Shown here piece by piece: positions 1-10,241 of a stretch of DNA of 64,000 bases; the first letter of the stretch is position 1, and every line of letters starts with the position of its first letter. Source of the DNA: Rhizobium aquaticum (lineage in GTDB: Bacteria > Pseudomonadota > Alphaproteobacteria > Rhizobiales > Rhizobiaceae); contig NZ_JBEPMB010000001.1 of the NCBI RefSeq assembly GCF_040545545.1, positions 807,002 through 871,001 of the forward strand, in the 5' to 3' direction. The notes under the pieces were generated by a model. That model was not told the DNA's origin and searched no databases. It saw only the letters and a program-made list of their open reading frames with translations. Position numbers and translations under genes: made by a program.

Positions 1-134
1 GCCGCGCAACGCCGGAAGGCCTGATTGCCGGCGACGCCAGACGGCCGAGGCGGGTCAATGATCCGCTTCGGCAGGCGACCCCGTCAGATGGTTTCGCGGG
101 TTCGATGGCCTTCTGGGTGGCCATGCAAATGAAA

Positions 135-171
135 GAGCGCTTTCGGTTAGCCACAACCGCCGAAAGCGCTC
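135..171 (-). terminator. Stem-loop (12-bp GC-rich stem, gagcgctttcgg...ccgaaagcgctc) downstream of the 273..599 minus-strand gene
   Basis: Inverted repeat read directly. It sits just past the stop of the small secreted-protein gene. The A/T-rich flank is weak. Confidence 0.35.
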
Positions 172-272
172 ATCTATTCTGAAGCCGGCGACGATGCAGG
201 AACCTGCCGCCGTCGGCTTTGCAATATCGCGAAGGATAGGGTCGCGAAGGATAGGCTCGTGATATCAGCTGC

Positions 273-599
273 TTACTGCACGGCCATGTTGCAGTTCATC
301 TTGGGGTCGTCCCAAATCTTTTGCAGATTGGCCGGCAGGCTCCCCCAGGATTTACCCGCTTCGACATCGTATTTCTGCTCCATGTAGAGGCAGACGTTGC
401 GGTTGCAGTTCTTGTCTTCCCAGGCCTTCTTGTCGTCGGCGCTGGCCGAACCCCAGGACTGGTAGGGAACGATGGAGAGATCTTCCATCATGGCACCGCA
501 GCTATCGACTTCGTCTGCAAGCGCCGGAGCCGCATAGGAAACGGCCAGAGCGACGGAGGCAGCGAAAAGGCTGAGGTAAAATTGGGTAGCCTTTGTCAT
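273..599 (-). CDS. Small secreted cysteine-containing hypothetical protein (108 aa, N-terminal signal peptide)
   Basis: ATG with an aaggaa RBS 9 nt upstream. Hydrophobic N-terminus ending AAPALA, then a 5-Cys mature part. The upstream region is AT-rich. Confidence 0.5.
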   Translation of the reverse strand: MTKATQFYLSLFAASVALAVSYAAPALADEVDSCGAMMEDLSIVPYQSWGSASADDKKAWEDKNCNRNVCLYMEQKYDVEAGKSWGSLPANLQKIWDDPKMNCNMAVQ

Positions 600-774
600 G
601 AATAAAATTCCTTATAATTCAATAGCTTGTTATCTAATGCAAAACATATTTCGTAAATTTGCAGGACGCAACAGCAGCGCCACGCCAAACGGCATCGTCC
701 CGGAAATATTATAAATTGCGTATACTGGCCGGGCAGCGCAGCAGGAGCGGTTCTGCCGGCCGCAGTCGCCGCGC

Positions 775-1470
775 TCAGGCTTTCCGCACCGACAGAAAGA
801 GAAATCGCGGCTCGGTTGAGAGCAGACCATGCGCCTCCGGAAAGCGGGAGCGTGCCTCTTCATCGGGTTGAGGTTCGCTCAGTGCTTCAAGTTGAAATCC
901 AGCGGATATCAGGGCATCGAACATGGCATGAAGTGGGCGATGCCAGAAGCGCATCGTGACAGTCTTCGCTCCGCGCCGCCAGGTTTCGTTGAAACTGTAT
1001 GTCTCGAAATAATTGTGGTGGCCGGACAGTTTGTGATCCATGAAGGGATGATGGGTTGAAAAGACCAGCCGGCCACCCTTAGCCAAAAGACGGGCGAATT
1101 CGGAAAGGGTGTGCGACCAGTCGGGAAAATAATGCATGACCAGCGACGCCATGATCAGATCGAAGGCGCCGTTGTCGAAAGGAAGCGGCTCATTCAGATC
1201 CGCCACTGCAAACCGTGCGCGATCCTGGAGGCGGTGTCGCGCGAGTTTCAGCAGTTCGGCGCTGGCGTCGATGCCTGTCAGGATTGCTCCGCGCTCCACG
1301 AGCGCTGCGGCATGAACGCCGCTGCCACAGCCTGCATCCAACACTCTCAGGTCAGCCACATCCCCAACCATCGAAAGAATGGCCGGACGCTCGTAAAGAG
1401 CATTCCACGCATTGTTTTCGTTGTCGGCGTCATAGGCCGCAGCAAACGCGTCGTAGTCGTTCTCGGGCAT
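775..1470 (-). CDS. Class I SAM-dependent methyltransferase
   Basis: VLDAGCGSG motif I. ATG at 1470 with a GGGAG RBS. 231 aa. Confidence 0.85.
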   Translation of the reverse strand: MPENDYDAFAAAYDADNENNAWNALYERPAILSMVGDVADLRVLDAGCGSGVHAAALVERGAILTGIDASAELLKLARHRLQDRARFAVADLNEPLPFDNGAFDLIMASLVMHYFPDWSHTLSEFARLLAKGGRLVFSTHHPFMDHKLSGHHNYFETYSFNETWRRGAKTVTMRFWHRPLHAMFDALISAGFQLEALSEPQPDEEARSRFPEAHGLLSTEPRFLFLSVRKA

Positions 1471-1509
1471 CAGTCACTCCCTGGCCAGCGCCCTCATTGA
1501 GAAACGAAT

Positions 1510-2007
1510 TTACCCCTTGCTGCCCTTGGCGATTGGCTCCTGATAGGTGAAGCCCATGTCCCAGGGGAAGTAGATCCATGTGTCCTGGCTGACTTCGGTC
1601 ACAAACGTGTCGATGGTCGGCACGCCCTTCGGCTTGGCGTAGACGCAGGCGAAATGCGCCTTCGGCAGCATGGCGCGGACTTCCAGCGCGGTCTTGCCGG
1701 TATCCGTCAGGTCGTCGACCACGAGCACGCCGGCGCCGTCTTCCGTCAGCAGGTCGCTGGCAATGCCCTTCAGGAGGTTCATGTCGCCCTGGTTCACATA
1801 GTCATGGTAGGAGGCGATGCAGACCGTATCGATGAGGCGGATGTTCAATTCGCGCGAGATGATGGCCGCCGGCACGAGGCCGCCGCGGGTGATGCAGACG
1901 ATGGCGCGGAACTCCTGGCCTAGACCTGCCAGCCGCCAGGCGAGCGCGCGGGCGTCGCGGTGAAACTGGTCCCAGGAGACGGGAAAGGCTTTTTCGGGCA
2001 GGGACAT
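1510..2007 (-). CDS. gpt: Xanthine-guanine phosphoribosyltransferase
   Basis: PRTase PRPP-binding motif [13 protein letters not shown]. Small XPRT/Gpt-like protein. ATG at 2007 with a GGAG RBS; the upstream in-frame extension was rejected. Confidence 0.8.
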   Translation of the reverse strand: MSLPEKAFPVSWDQFHRDARALAWRLAGLGQEFRAIVCITRGGLVPAAIISRELNIRLIDTVCIASYHDYVNQGDMNLLKGIASDLLTEDGAGVLVVDDLTDTGKTALEVRAMLPKAHFACVYAKPKGVPTIDTFVTEVSQDTWIYFPWDMGFTYQEPIAKGSKG

Positions 2008-2249
2008 CAGCAATCTCCAATCGGCTGGGCTGGGCAATGGTGGGGCCAAAATAAAATGCCACGCCCCGGAAAACAGGGCGTGGCACTTTCTCTAACCGGA
2101 AAATTCGCGGCTTTGCAACGGGTGCGACCACCCGGCCTGTGGGCAAATGTGAAAGTCTGCCGGGTTCAGGTTGAACCCGGCAGACTCAGGATTCTTTGAT
2201 TTTCGTTTGTCTGTCGGGAAAACCGGTGCCCACTTTTCCCCGACAAACT

Positions 2250-3092
2250 CTATCGCGACATGAGCGTCAGCGTGGTCATCGAGCCCAGCAGCGTCTTGGT
2301 GGCGCCGCCGAAAATGCGTTCGCGAATGCGCGAGTGGGTATAGGCACCCATGACGAGCAGGTCTGCAGAGAAATCCGAGGCGCGGTTCTCGATGACTGCG
2401 CCGACGGGCTTGCCGCCGGATTCGACATTGTTGGCGTTGACCTTGATGCCGTGGCGGGCAAGCGTCACACCAAGCTCGGAGCCGGCGAAATCGGCCGACT
2501 GGTTCATGTCGTTGCGGGCATCGACGGAGAAGATTTCGACTTCCTTGGCGCCGAGCAGGAACGGCATGGCGTCGAAGACGGCGCGGGCGGCTTCCCGCGA
2601 ACCGTTCCAGGCAATCAGCACACGCTCGATCGGCTTCGGCGTGGTCTGGATATAGGGCACCATGATGACCGGGCGGCCGCATTCGAAGATCAGCACTTCA
2701 ATGTCGGCGCGCTGCGCGGACGAGGTCTTCTCATCAAACTGGGCGCAGAGCACCAGATCGGTGCTGCGGGCGCTATCGACCACGCCGGCAGACGAATAGC
2801 CACCGGCCCCGCGGAACTTGCGCCATTCATGCGAAACGCCTTCGCGCTCGGTGATCGCCAGGAACTTCGCCTGGATGGTGGTCGCGCGTTGTTCGGCGGC
2901 TTCCTGCAGAGCCATGATGGCGGCGGGGTCCGGGATTTCCATCGGCGCGTAGATGAAGACCTGTTCCGGCGCTTCTGCATAGACGGCGATCAGATGCGCG
3001 TCGTGCTTGTTGGCAAGCGCCACGCCTGTCTCGATGACGCTGTCGGCAGCTTCGGGGGAGTTGAGAACGGCAAGTATGGTTTTGATGGACAT
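2250..3092 (-). CDS. Universal stress protein, tandem UspA domains
   Basis: 280 aa with two Usp-like halves, each carrying a G-x2-G-x9-G(S/T) ATP motif. ATG with an AGGAGG RBS. Confidence 0.8.
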   Translation of the reverse strand: MSIKTILAVLNSPEAADSVIETGVALANKHDAHLIAVYAEAPEQVFIYAPMEIPDPAAIMALQEAAEQRATTIQAKFLAITEREGVSHEWRKFRGAGGYSSAGVVDSARSTDLVLCAQFDEKTSSAQRADIEVLIFECGRPVIMVPYIQTTPKPIERVLIAWNGSREAARAVFDAMPFLLGAKEVEIFSVDARNDMNQSADFAGSELGVTLARHGIKVNANNVESGGKPVGAVIENRASDFSADLLVMGAYTHSRIRERIFGGATKTLLGSMTTLTLMSR

Positions 3093-3250
3093 GGTGTGCC
3101 TCCTGATCTTTTAGCGATCTGCGATCCGGCGATAGGTGTTTTCTATAAGCGCGCGAGACGCCTTGCCGGTTCCATGGGTACACCTTCGCGCTTCGGGGTG
3201 AGGCGCGCTTTGACCTTGGTCAAGTGGGGAGCGGAGCAGGTGGCCGTTCG

Positions 3251-4011
3251 TCAGGCTCTGGCCGAGTCGCGTGTCTGGCGAATGGCATCGAGCATGGCTT
3301 CAACATCCGCAACGGCCGCCTGGAGCACGGCCTCATCGCGGGCTCTCACGACAATCTCGGTGTAGAAGCCGTTTCCGTCGAATTTGGGGTAGGAGCCGAT
3401 CGAGGTGTCGGCATGGTTCTTCTGGACCTCGGTGAGCGGCTTGCCAATTTCGCCTTCGCCGAAGGGAGACACGACGGTGCGGCTCATCACGGGGACGCCT
3501 GTCGGCAATTGTGGAAGCAGCCATCCGACCATGGCCTGAAAGACCGACGGAACGCCGGCCATGACATGGACATTCCCGACAATGAAACCCGGCGCGGTGG
3601 ACACCGCGTTTTCGATGTGCCGCGCGCCTTGCGGCATGCGCGCCATACGCTGGCGGGCCTCGTTGAACTCGATCCCGCGACGCTCGTACATTGCGCCCAG
3701 CAGCCGCATGGCCTCCGCGTCGTGTACGCAGGGCAGGCCAAAGGCCGCCGATATGGCATCTGCCGTAATATCATCATGAGTCGGCCCGATGCCGCCGGAG
3801 GTGAAGACGAGATCGTATTTCATCCTGAGCGCATTGACGGCCGCGACGATCGCGTCCTGATCATCGGCGACGATGCGCACTTCCTTGAGATCAATGCCGT
3901 AGATCGTCAGGTTTTCGGCAAGATAGCCGATATTCTTGTCCTTGGTGCGGCCGGAGAGGAGTTCGTCGCCGATGGCGAGAATGGCGGCGGTGACAATCTT
4001 ATGCTGGGTCA
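3251..4011 (-). CDS. CinA-like competence/damage-inducible protein (MoCF/molybdopterin-binding domain)
   Basis: AAILAIGDELLSGRTKDKN and GGIGPTHDD motifs. The start was set at an in-frame TTG at 4011; the longer upstream extension has no homology. Confidence 0.65.
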
Positions 4012-4225
4012 AGGTCTCTCTCCGGGCGTGCGGGTGAAGCCCGAAAATGATGTCCCGACCGGCGATATGCAAGGGAATTTTGCAGCGCAATATATGAACG
4101 ATGGGTGAAATTTTTCCGCGTTCTTGTGAACACTGCGTTTCAATCGGGCCAGTATTAATGAACAACGCAACGGGCTATTGTCCCGTCATTCGTCTTGACC
4201 GGTTGTTCCACGAAAGGACCCCACA

Positions 4226-4825
4226 ATGGCAAAAGTTCTCGTTCTCTACTATTCTGCCTATGGCCATATCGAAACCATGGCTTATGCCGTCGCCGAAGGC
4301 GCAAAGTCTGCCGGCGCCGAAGTCACGGTGAAGCGCGTTCCGGAACTGGTGTCCGAGGAAGTTGCCAAGGCATCCTACTACAAGTTGGACCAGGCTGCTC
4401 CGATCGCAACCGTTGACGAACTGGCCGAATACGACGCCATCATCGTCGGCGCTGGTACGCGTTACGGCACCGTTGCCTCGCAGATGCGCAATTTCTGGGA
4501 CCAGACGGGCGGCCTTTGGTTCAACGGCAAGCTCGTCGGCAAGGTCGGCTCGATGTTCACCTCGACCGCCACGCAGCATGGCGGCCAGGAAACCACCATC
4601 ATGGGCTTTATCCCGACCTTCCTGCACCACGGCATGATGTATGTCGGCCTGCCTTATGCCTTCCAGGGCCAGATGGGTGTTGAAGCCGTCAAGGGTTCGT
4701 CCCCCTACGGCGCTTCCACGATCACCGACGGCGACGGCTCGCGCCAGCCTTCGGAAATCGAACTCGAAGCCGCTCGCTTCCAGGGCGCCCATGTCGCCAA
4801 GATCGCGGCCAAGCAGACCGCTTGA
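4226..4825 (+). CDS. wrbA: NAD(P)H:quinone oxidoreductase WrbA (flavodoxin-like)
   Basis: [19 protein letters not shown]... N-terminus and overall WrbA architecture, 199 aa. Confidence 0.9.
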   Translation: MAKVLVLYYSAYGHIETMAYAVAEGAKSAGAEVTVKRVPELVSEEVAKASYYKLDQAAPIATVDELAEYDAIIVGAGTRYGTVASQMRNFWDQTGGLWFNGKLVGKVGSMFTSTATQHGGQETTIMGFIPTFLHHGMMYVGLPYAFQGQMGVEAVKGSSPYGASTITDGDGSRQPSEIELEAARFQGAHVAKIAAKQTA

Positions 4826-4949
4826 GTTTCAACGTCATGAATTTGAAGAGCGCGCGGCCGAAGGGTCGCGCGTTTTTCGTTGCGGGTGTACGCTCAGATG
4901 TGGAAACGGGCTTGATCGGAACCGCATGCTCGGATACGCGAAAGGTCGC

Positions 4950-5034
4950 GCGGGCGTGGCGAAACTGGTAGACGCAAGGGACTTAAAATCCCTCGGCCTT
5001 GGCTGTACGGGTTCGACCCCCGTCGCCCGCACCA
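4950..5034 (+). tRNA. tRNA-Leu (anticodon TAA)
   Basis: Cloverleaf read by hand: 7-bp acceptor stem gcgggcg/cgcccgc, anticodon loop ctTAAaa, long variable arm, GGTTCGA T-loop, discriminator A plus encoded CCA. Confidence 0.85.
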
Positions 5035-5047
5035 GTCGAATTTCCCC

Positions 5048-6340
5048 TTGTCTCTCAGGCCAAGGGCGGCAGGCAGACGAGGGCCGATTTTGAACAGGCA
5101 GACTATCGATGACGCGCTTGCCGCGATGCGGGGGCTGTTTCCCGAAACGCCGCTGCAGCTCAATGATCACTTGAGTGCAAGGTATGGCGCCGAGATCTGG
5201 CTGAAGCGCGAGGACCTGTCGCCGGTGCGCTCCTACAAGATCCGGGGCGCGTTCAACTTTCTTCGAAAGGCGATCGGTAAGGGCGGGACAGGGCAGACCT
5301 TCGTCTGTGCTTCCGCCGGCAACCACGCGCAGGGTTTTGCCTATGTCTGCCGCCATTTCGGCGTGCGCGGCACCGTCTTCATGCCGGTGACGACGCCGCA
5401 GCAGAAGATCGAGAAGACGCGCATCTTCGGCGCCGGCTTCATCGAGATCAAGCTATTCGGCGACTTCTTCGACCAGTGCTACAAGGCCGCCCGCGACCAT
5501 GCCGAAGCAACCGGCGCGATGATGGTGCCGCCCTTCGATCATCCCGATATCATCGAGGGACAGGCGACTGTCGCGGCAGAAATTCTCGCACAACTGCCAG
5601 ATGGCAGCGTGCCGGATCTGGTCATTATCCCCGTCGGCGGTGGTGGATTGTCCTCCGGCGTCACCGGATATCTGGCGGGAACCGTAGTGAGGGAGGGCTT
5701 TACCTTCTGCGAGCCGGAGGGCGCGCCGAGTCTGAAGCGGGCGCTGGAGGCGGGCGGGCCTGTGACGCTCTCCAAGGTCGACAATTTTGTCGACGGAGCG
5801 GCGGTCGCCCGGATTGGCGATCTGAATTTCGCGGCGCTTTCGACCTTCTCGCCCGATCAAGTCATGACTATTCCCGAAAACGCCATCTGCGTCTCGATGA
5901 TCGAAATGCTGAATATCGAGGGCGTGGTGCTGGAGCCTGCCGGGGCGCTGTCGATAGCCGCGCTCGCGCAGATGCCGGCGGAGCGATTGAAGGGTAAGCG
6001 CGTCGTCGCCATCGTATCGGGTGGCAATTTCGATTTCGAGCGGCTGCCGGATGTGAAAGAGCGCGCCATGCGCCACTCCGGTCTCAAGAAGTATTTCATT
6101 CTGCGGCTTGCCCAGCGTCCCGGCGCGTTGAAGGATTTCCTGAACCTGCTCGGTCCAGAGGATGACATCGCTCGTTTCGAATATCTAAAGAAATCCGCCC
6201 GCAATTTCGGCTCGATCCTGATCGGGATAGAGACGGCCAAGCCTGAGAATTTCGGACGTCTCACTGAAGCCTTCGAGGCTGCAGGCCTTGGATATCAAGA
6301 CATTACCGAGAACGAAATCCTATCTAGTCTTATTATCTGA
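5048..6340 (+). CDS. ilvA: Threonine ammonia-lyase, biosynthetic (PLP enzyme with C-terminal regulatory domain)
   Basis: TPLQ...LKREDLSPVRSYKIRGAFN PLP-lysine region, 430 aa. The start is uncertain: TTG at 5048 or TTG at 5090. Confidence 0.85.
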   Translation: MSLRPRAAGRRGPILNRQTIDDALAAMRGLFPETPLQLNDHLSARYGAEIWLKREDLSPVRSYKIRGAFNFLRKAIGKGGTGQTFVCASAGNHAQGFAYVCRHFGVRGTVFMPVTTPQQKIEKTRIFGAGFIEIKLFGDFFDQCYKAARDHAEATGAMMVPPFDHPDIIEGQATVAAEILAQLPDGSVPDLVIIPVGGGGLSSGVTGYLAGTVVREGFTFCEPEGAPSLKRALEAGGPVTLSKVDNFVDGAAVARIGDLNFAALSTFSPDQVMTIPENAICVSMIEMLNIEGVVLEPAGALSIAALAQMPAERLKGKRVVAIVSGGNFDFERLPDVKERAMRHSGLKKYFILRLAQRPGALKDFLNLLGPEDDIARFEYLKKSARNFGSILIGIETAKPENFGRLTEAFEAAGLGYQDITENEILSSLII

Positions 6341-6364
6341 ATATTCTATAATCGAAATATCAGA

Positions 6365-6712
6365 TTATAGAATTTCTGCCACCTGCTCCTTCGGACGGCC
6401 CAGGCGGATGCCTTTTTCGGAGATCACGATGGGGCGCTCGATGAGGATCGGGTTGGACAGCATTGCGTCCAGAAGATCGTTGTCCGTCAGCGACGGATCG
6501 TCGAGGCCCAGTTCTTTGTAGAGCGGCTCCTTGCGGCGCATGATCTGCCGCGGATTCATCTCGAGCGCCACAAGCATGCGGACAAGCTCGGCGCGCTCCG
6601 GCGGGTGCTTCAGATATTCAACGATCGCGGGATCGTGACCCGCTTCACGGATCATCTCCAGCACGGCACGGGAGGTTGAGCAGCGGGGATTATGCAGGAT
6701 GGTGATGTTCAA
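6365..6712 (-). CDS. arsC: Arsenate reductase, glutaredoxin-coupled ArsC family
   Basis: MNITILHNPRCSTSR...LINRPIV-type ArsC signature with the catalytic Cys in HNPRCS. TTG start. Confidence 0.8.
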   Translation of the reverse strand: MNITILHNPRCSTSRAVLEMIREAGHDPAIVEYLKHPPERAELVRMLVALEMNPRQIMRRKEPLYKELGLDDPSLTDNDLLDAMLSNPILIERPIVISEKGIRLGRPKEQVAEIL

Positions 6713-6754
6713 GATGCGTTCCGGGTCATGCGTTGCCGATGCCCGACGCGTCCG

Positions 6755-8173
6755 TCAGGCATCCGTGTCATACCCGGTCTGGCCGGCGTCGATGAGCGCT
6801 TTCAGCGTTTTCAGCCCGTTTTCAACATCTTTCCGGTCCTGGGGCGAGGAATAGCTGATACGCACGGCGTGGTGAACCTTGTCGGAGCGCGCCGGCTTGA
6901 ATTCGTCCTCGTCGTCGATGAGGATGCCACGGTCAAAGGCAGCCTGCTTGTAGGTGCCGGCGTGCCAGGGCTCGGGCAGCCGCAGCCAGAAGAAGGGCGC
7001 GCCGCGCTGGTGGCTGATGTCAAGATCGCCGAAGATCGCCTCCACCATTTCCTCGCGCGCCCGGCATTCGGCCAGAACCTGCCGGCGGATCGTGCTTGCG
7101 GTGCCGGACAAGACGAGTGACGCGCAGAGTTCGAAAAGCAGGAAGGGAATGCCGCCGGTCGAGAGCTTGTGGGTGATGTTGACGCGTGCGGCGAAATGCG
7201 GCGGGCAGGCGACCCAGCCGCCGCGCACGCCGGCGGCCACGGACTTCGAAAGCCCGCCGATATGGAAGGTCTTGTCGGGCGCGAGTTCGGCGAGGAAGGG
7301 CAGGCCGTCCTCGGCCATGGCGCCATAGAGATTGTCCTCTATCAGCCAGACATTATGGGTCCGCGCGATCTCCGCAATCGCCTTGCGCCGCTCGACCGAC
7401 AGCGTGACGGCGGTCGGGTTCTGGGCAGACGGCATGAGGAAGATGGCCTTGGGATGCTTCTGGGCACAAACGCGCTCCAGATCGTCCGGCAGAATGCCGA
7501 CCGCATCGGAGGCTACGGTGACAATGCGCCGGCCGGTCATGGCTGCTGCGCGCGACACCTGGGCATAAGTCAGTTCCTCGAAGGCGATATAGTCGCCCGG
7601 CTGCGAAATCGCGTGGATGACCGACATGATACCGGCATGCGCGCCAAGAACGGGAACAATGCAGTCGACCGTGGGCTGCCAAGAGGCGTTGGAAAGCCAC
7701 TTGCGCCCCGCTTCCTTCCAGCGTTCCGGTATGATGCGGGTGTAGCTCGAAATCTCGTCGCGATAGTCGCGCACGGTGCGCGTCAGGAATGTCTCGATCG
7801 GGCCTGATTGTCCCACATCGGGCGCTGCGGTCGTATCAAACCGCAGCTTGCCCGCAGGCGGGACGGGCAGGCGGGTGCCTGAGAAGGCGCTGACGATGCG
7901 GTCGCGTCCGTCATTGGCCGGCTCCTCCTGTTGCTGCAGGACATACGTGCCGCGCCCAACCTCGCCCGAGACAAGGCCACGTTCGCGCACCAGGGCATAG
8001 GCCCGGCCAATTGTACCGATTGTCACCTTGATGTCATAGGCCAAGTCGCGCTGGGGCGGAAGCTTTGCGCCGGGCGGCAGAATGCCGGCGGCGATGTCGG
8101 CCTCGATCTGATCGGCCAGCCGCACATAGAGCGGTCCCGAACCTTCCTGCAGTGATGGTAGCCAATTTGTCAT
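6755..8173 (-). CDS. MocR-family transcriptional regulator (GntR HTH + class I aminotransferase-like domain)
   Basis: N-terminal GntR wHTH (LPPQRDLAYDIKVTIGTIGRAY) fused to a PLP aminotransferase fold. The start was taken at ATG 8173 (MTNWLPSLQEG); the upstream extension was rejected. Confidence 0.8.
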   Translation of the reverse strand: MTNWLPSLQEGSGPLYVRLADQIEADIAAGILPPGAKLPPQRDLAYDIKVTIGTIGRAYALVRERGLVSGEVGRGTYVLQQQEEPANDGRDRIVSAFSGTRLPVPPAGKLRFDTTAAPDVGQSGPIETFLTRTVRDYRDEISSYTRIIPERWKEAGRKWLSNASWQPTVDCIVPVLGAHAGIMSVIHAISQPGDYIAFEELTYAQVSRAAAMTGRRIVTVASDAVGILPDDLERVCAQKHPKAIFLMPSAQNPTAVTLSVERRKAIAEIARTHNVWLIEDNLYGAMAEDGLPFLAELAPDKTFHIGGLSKSVAAGVRGGWVACPPHFAARVNITHKLSTGGIPFLLFELCASLVLSGTASTIRRQVLAECRAREEMVEAIFGDLDISHQRGAPFFWLRLPEPWHAGTYKQAAFDRGILIDDEDEFKPARSDKVHHAVRISYSSPQDRKDVENGLKTLKALIDAGQTGYDTDA

Positions 8174-8267
8174 GGTGACAATTATCCGTATTGCAGCAAT
8201 CTGCGAGTCAATTGATAAGGCATTATAGCTAGGTTTCAGCGGTAGGCAAGAAAGGTCCGCAAGAAGG

Positions 8268-8504
8268 GTGACAATGATGGAAACGATGGAGACAATGATG
8301 GACGGTGTATCGCTCGAACGGGCCCCGGTCACGACCGTGACATTTGGTACCCGCGTTGCGAAAGTCCTTGCCGCACTCCGCTGGGCCTTCGTTCTCAATC
8401 GCTCGCGCATTGCGCTTTCGGAACTGACCGACGAGCAGCTCGCGGATATCGGGGTCAGCCGGTATGAGGCCGAGCGCGAGTGCCGCAAGGTGGGGCTGTT
8501 TTGA
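8268..8504 (+). CDS. DUF1127 domain small protein
   Basis: C-terminal LSELTDEQLADIGVSRYE motif diagnostic of DUF1127. Met-rich N-terminus; the true start may be internal. Confidence 0.6.
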   Translation: MTMMETMETMMDGVSLERAPVTTVTFGTRVAKVLAALRWAFVLNRSRIALSELTDEQLADIGVSRYEAERECRKVGLF

Positions 8505-8631
8505 GTCGCGCCTCTCCCCGTGTGGGAGAGGACGGAAAATCAGCACCTTAGCTTTAGCTAAGTGCCAGATTTTCCAGGTGAGGGGTCCCGATTGGGCCCC
8601 CAAGCATCTGACGCAATCACACCTCACCAAG

Positions 8632-8677
8632 CCTGCCGGGCCAATCGCCTTCGGCCTGCCGGGCCAATCGCCTTCGG
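8632..8677. repeat. Perfect 2 x 23-bp tandem direct repeat (cctgccgggccaatcgccttcgg)
   Basis: Read directly. An inverted partial copy (cgattgggccc) lies at 8589-8600, and nested GGGAGAG/CTCTCCC hairpins follow at 8700-8750. Confidence 0.8.
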
Positions 8678-8759
8678 CTTATTGGGGCATGCTATCCTCT
8701 TCCACAAAGGGAGAGGAGGGCGTCCTCCCTTGCCTTCCCACTCTCCCTATGCAATCTCC

Positions 8760-9718
<959 letters not shown>

Positions 9719-9736
9719 TTTCCCATTTCATTAGGC

Positions 9737-10174
9737 TTATGGCTTCAGAAGAAGGGCACCGGAGCCCGATTCTGCAAGGTGGTCGTCCTTGTTCAGCAAG
9801 GGACACCTCTCCACGCTGAGACATCCGCAGCCGATGCACAAGGACATCTTGTCCCGGAGCGCCGTCAGAAGCGCGATGCGTCTGCTGAGGCTGTCATGCC
9901 ACCGTTCCGCCAGACGCGCCCAGTCCTGTGTAGACGGCATTTCGCCGGACGGAAGGATCGCAAGGGCAGCAGCGATCTCCGAAAGCGGAATGCCTACGCT
10001 CTGAGCCACCTTGATGACAGCAATTCGCCGCAGGACGGCGCGGGGATAGATCCTTTGTTTCCCGGCCGTGCGCTCGGCCGCGATCAATCCCTTCCGCTCG
10101 TAGAAATGCAGCGTCGAAATCGGCAATCCGCTGCGCCTTGCTACTTCGCCGATGCTCAATCGTGTCTTCGGCAT
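9737..10174 (-). CDS. soxR: Redox-sensitive MerR-family activator SoxR ([2Fe-2S])
   Basis: MerR HTH plus a C-terminal CIGCGCLSVERCPL cluster motif. ATG at 10174. Confidence 0.85.
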   Translation of the reverse strand: MPKTRLSIGEVARRSGLPISTLHFYERKGLIAAERTAGKQRIYPRAVLRRIAVIKVAQSVGIPLSEIAAALAILPSGEMPSTQDWARLAERWHDSLSRRIALLTALRDKMSLCIGCGCLSVERCPLLNKDDHLAESGSGALLLKP

Positions 10175-10189
10175 GAGATTCTCCTTGAT

Positions 10190-10205
10190 CTCAACCAATG
10201 TTGAG
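10190..10205. promoter_or_regulatory. SoxR-box-like palindrome CTCAACcaatGTTGAG in the soxR/transporter divergent promoter
   Basis: 6-4-6 inverted repeat resembling the E. coli soxS operator CCTCAAGTTAACTTGAGG, between the divergent start codons. Confidence 0.55.
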
Positions 10206-10241
10206 GTTGTAGAAGCAGGCTGTCAACTCCGGGAGACAGGC

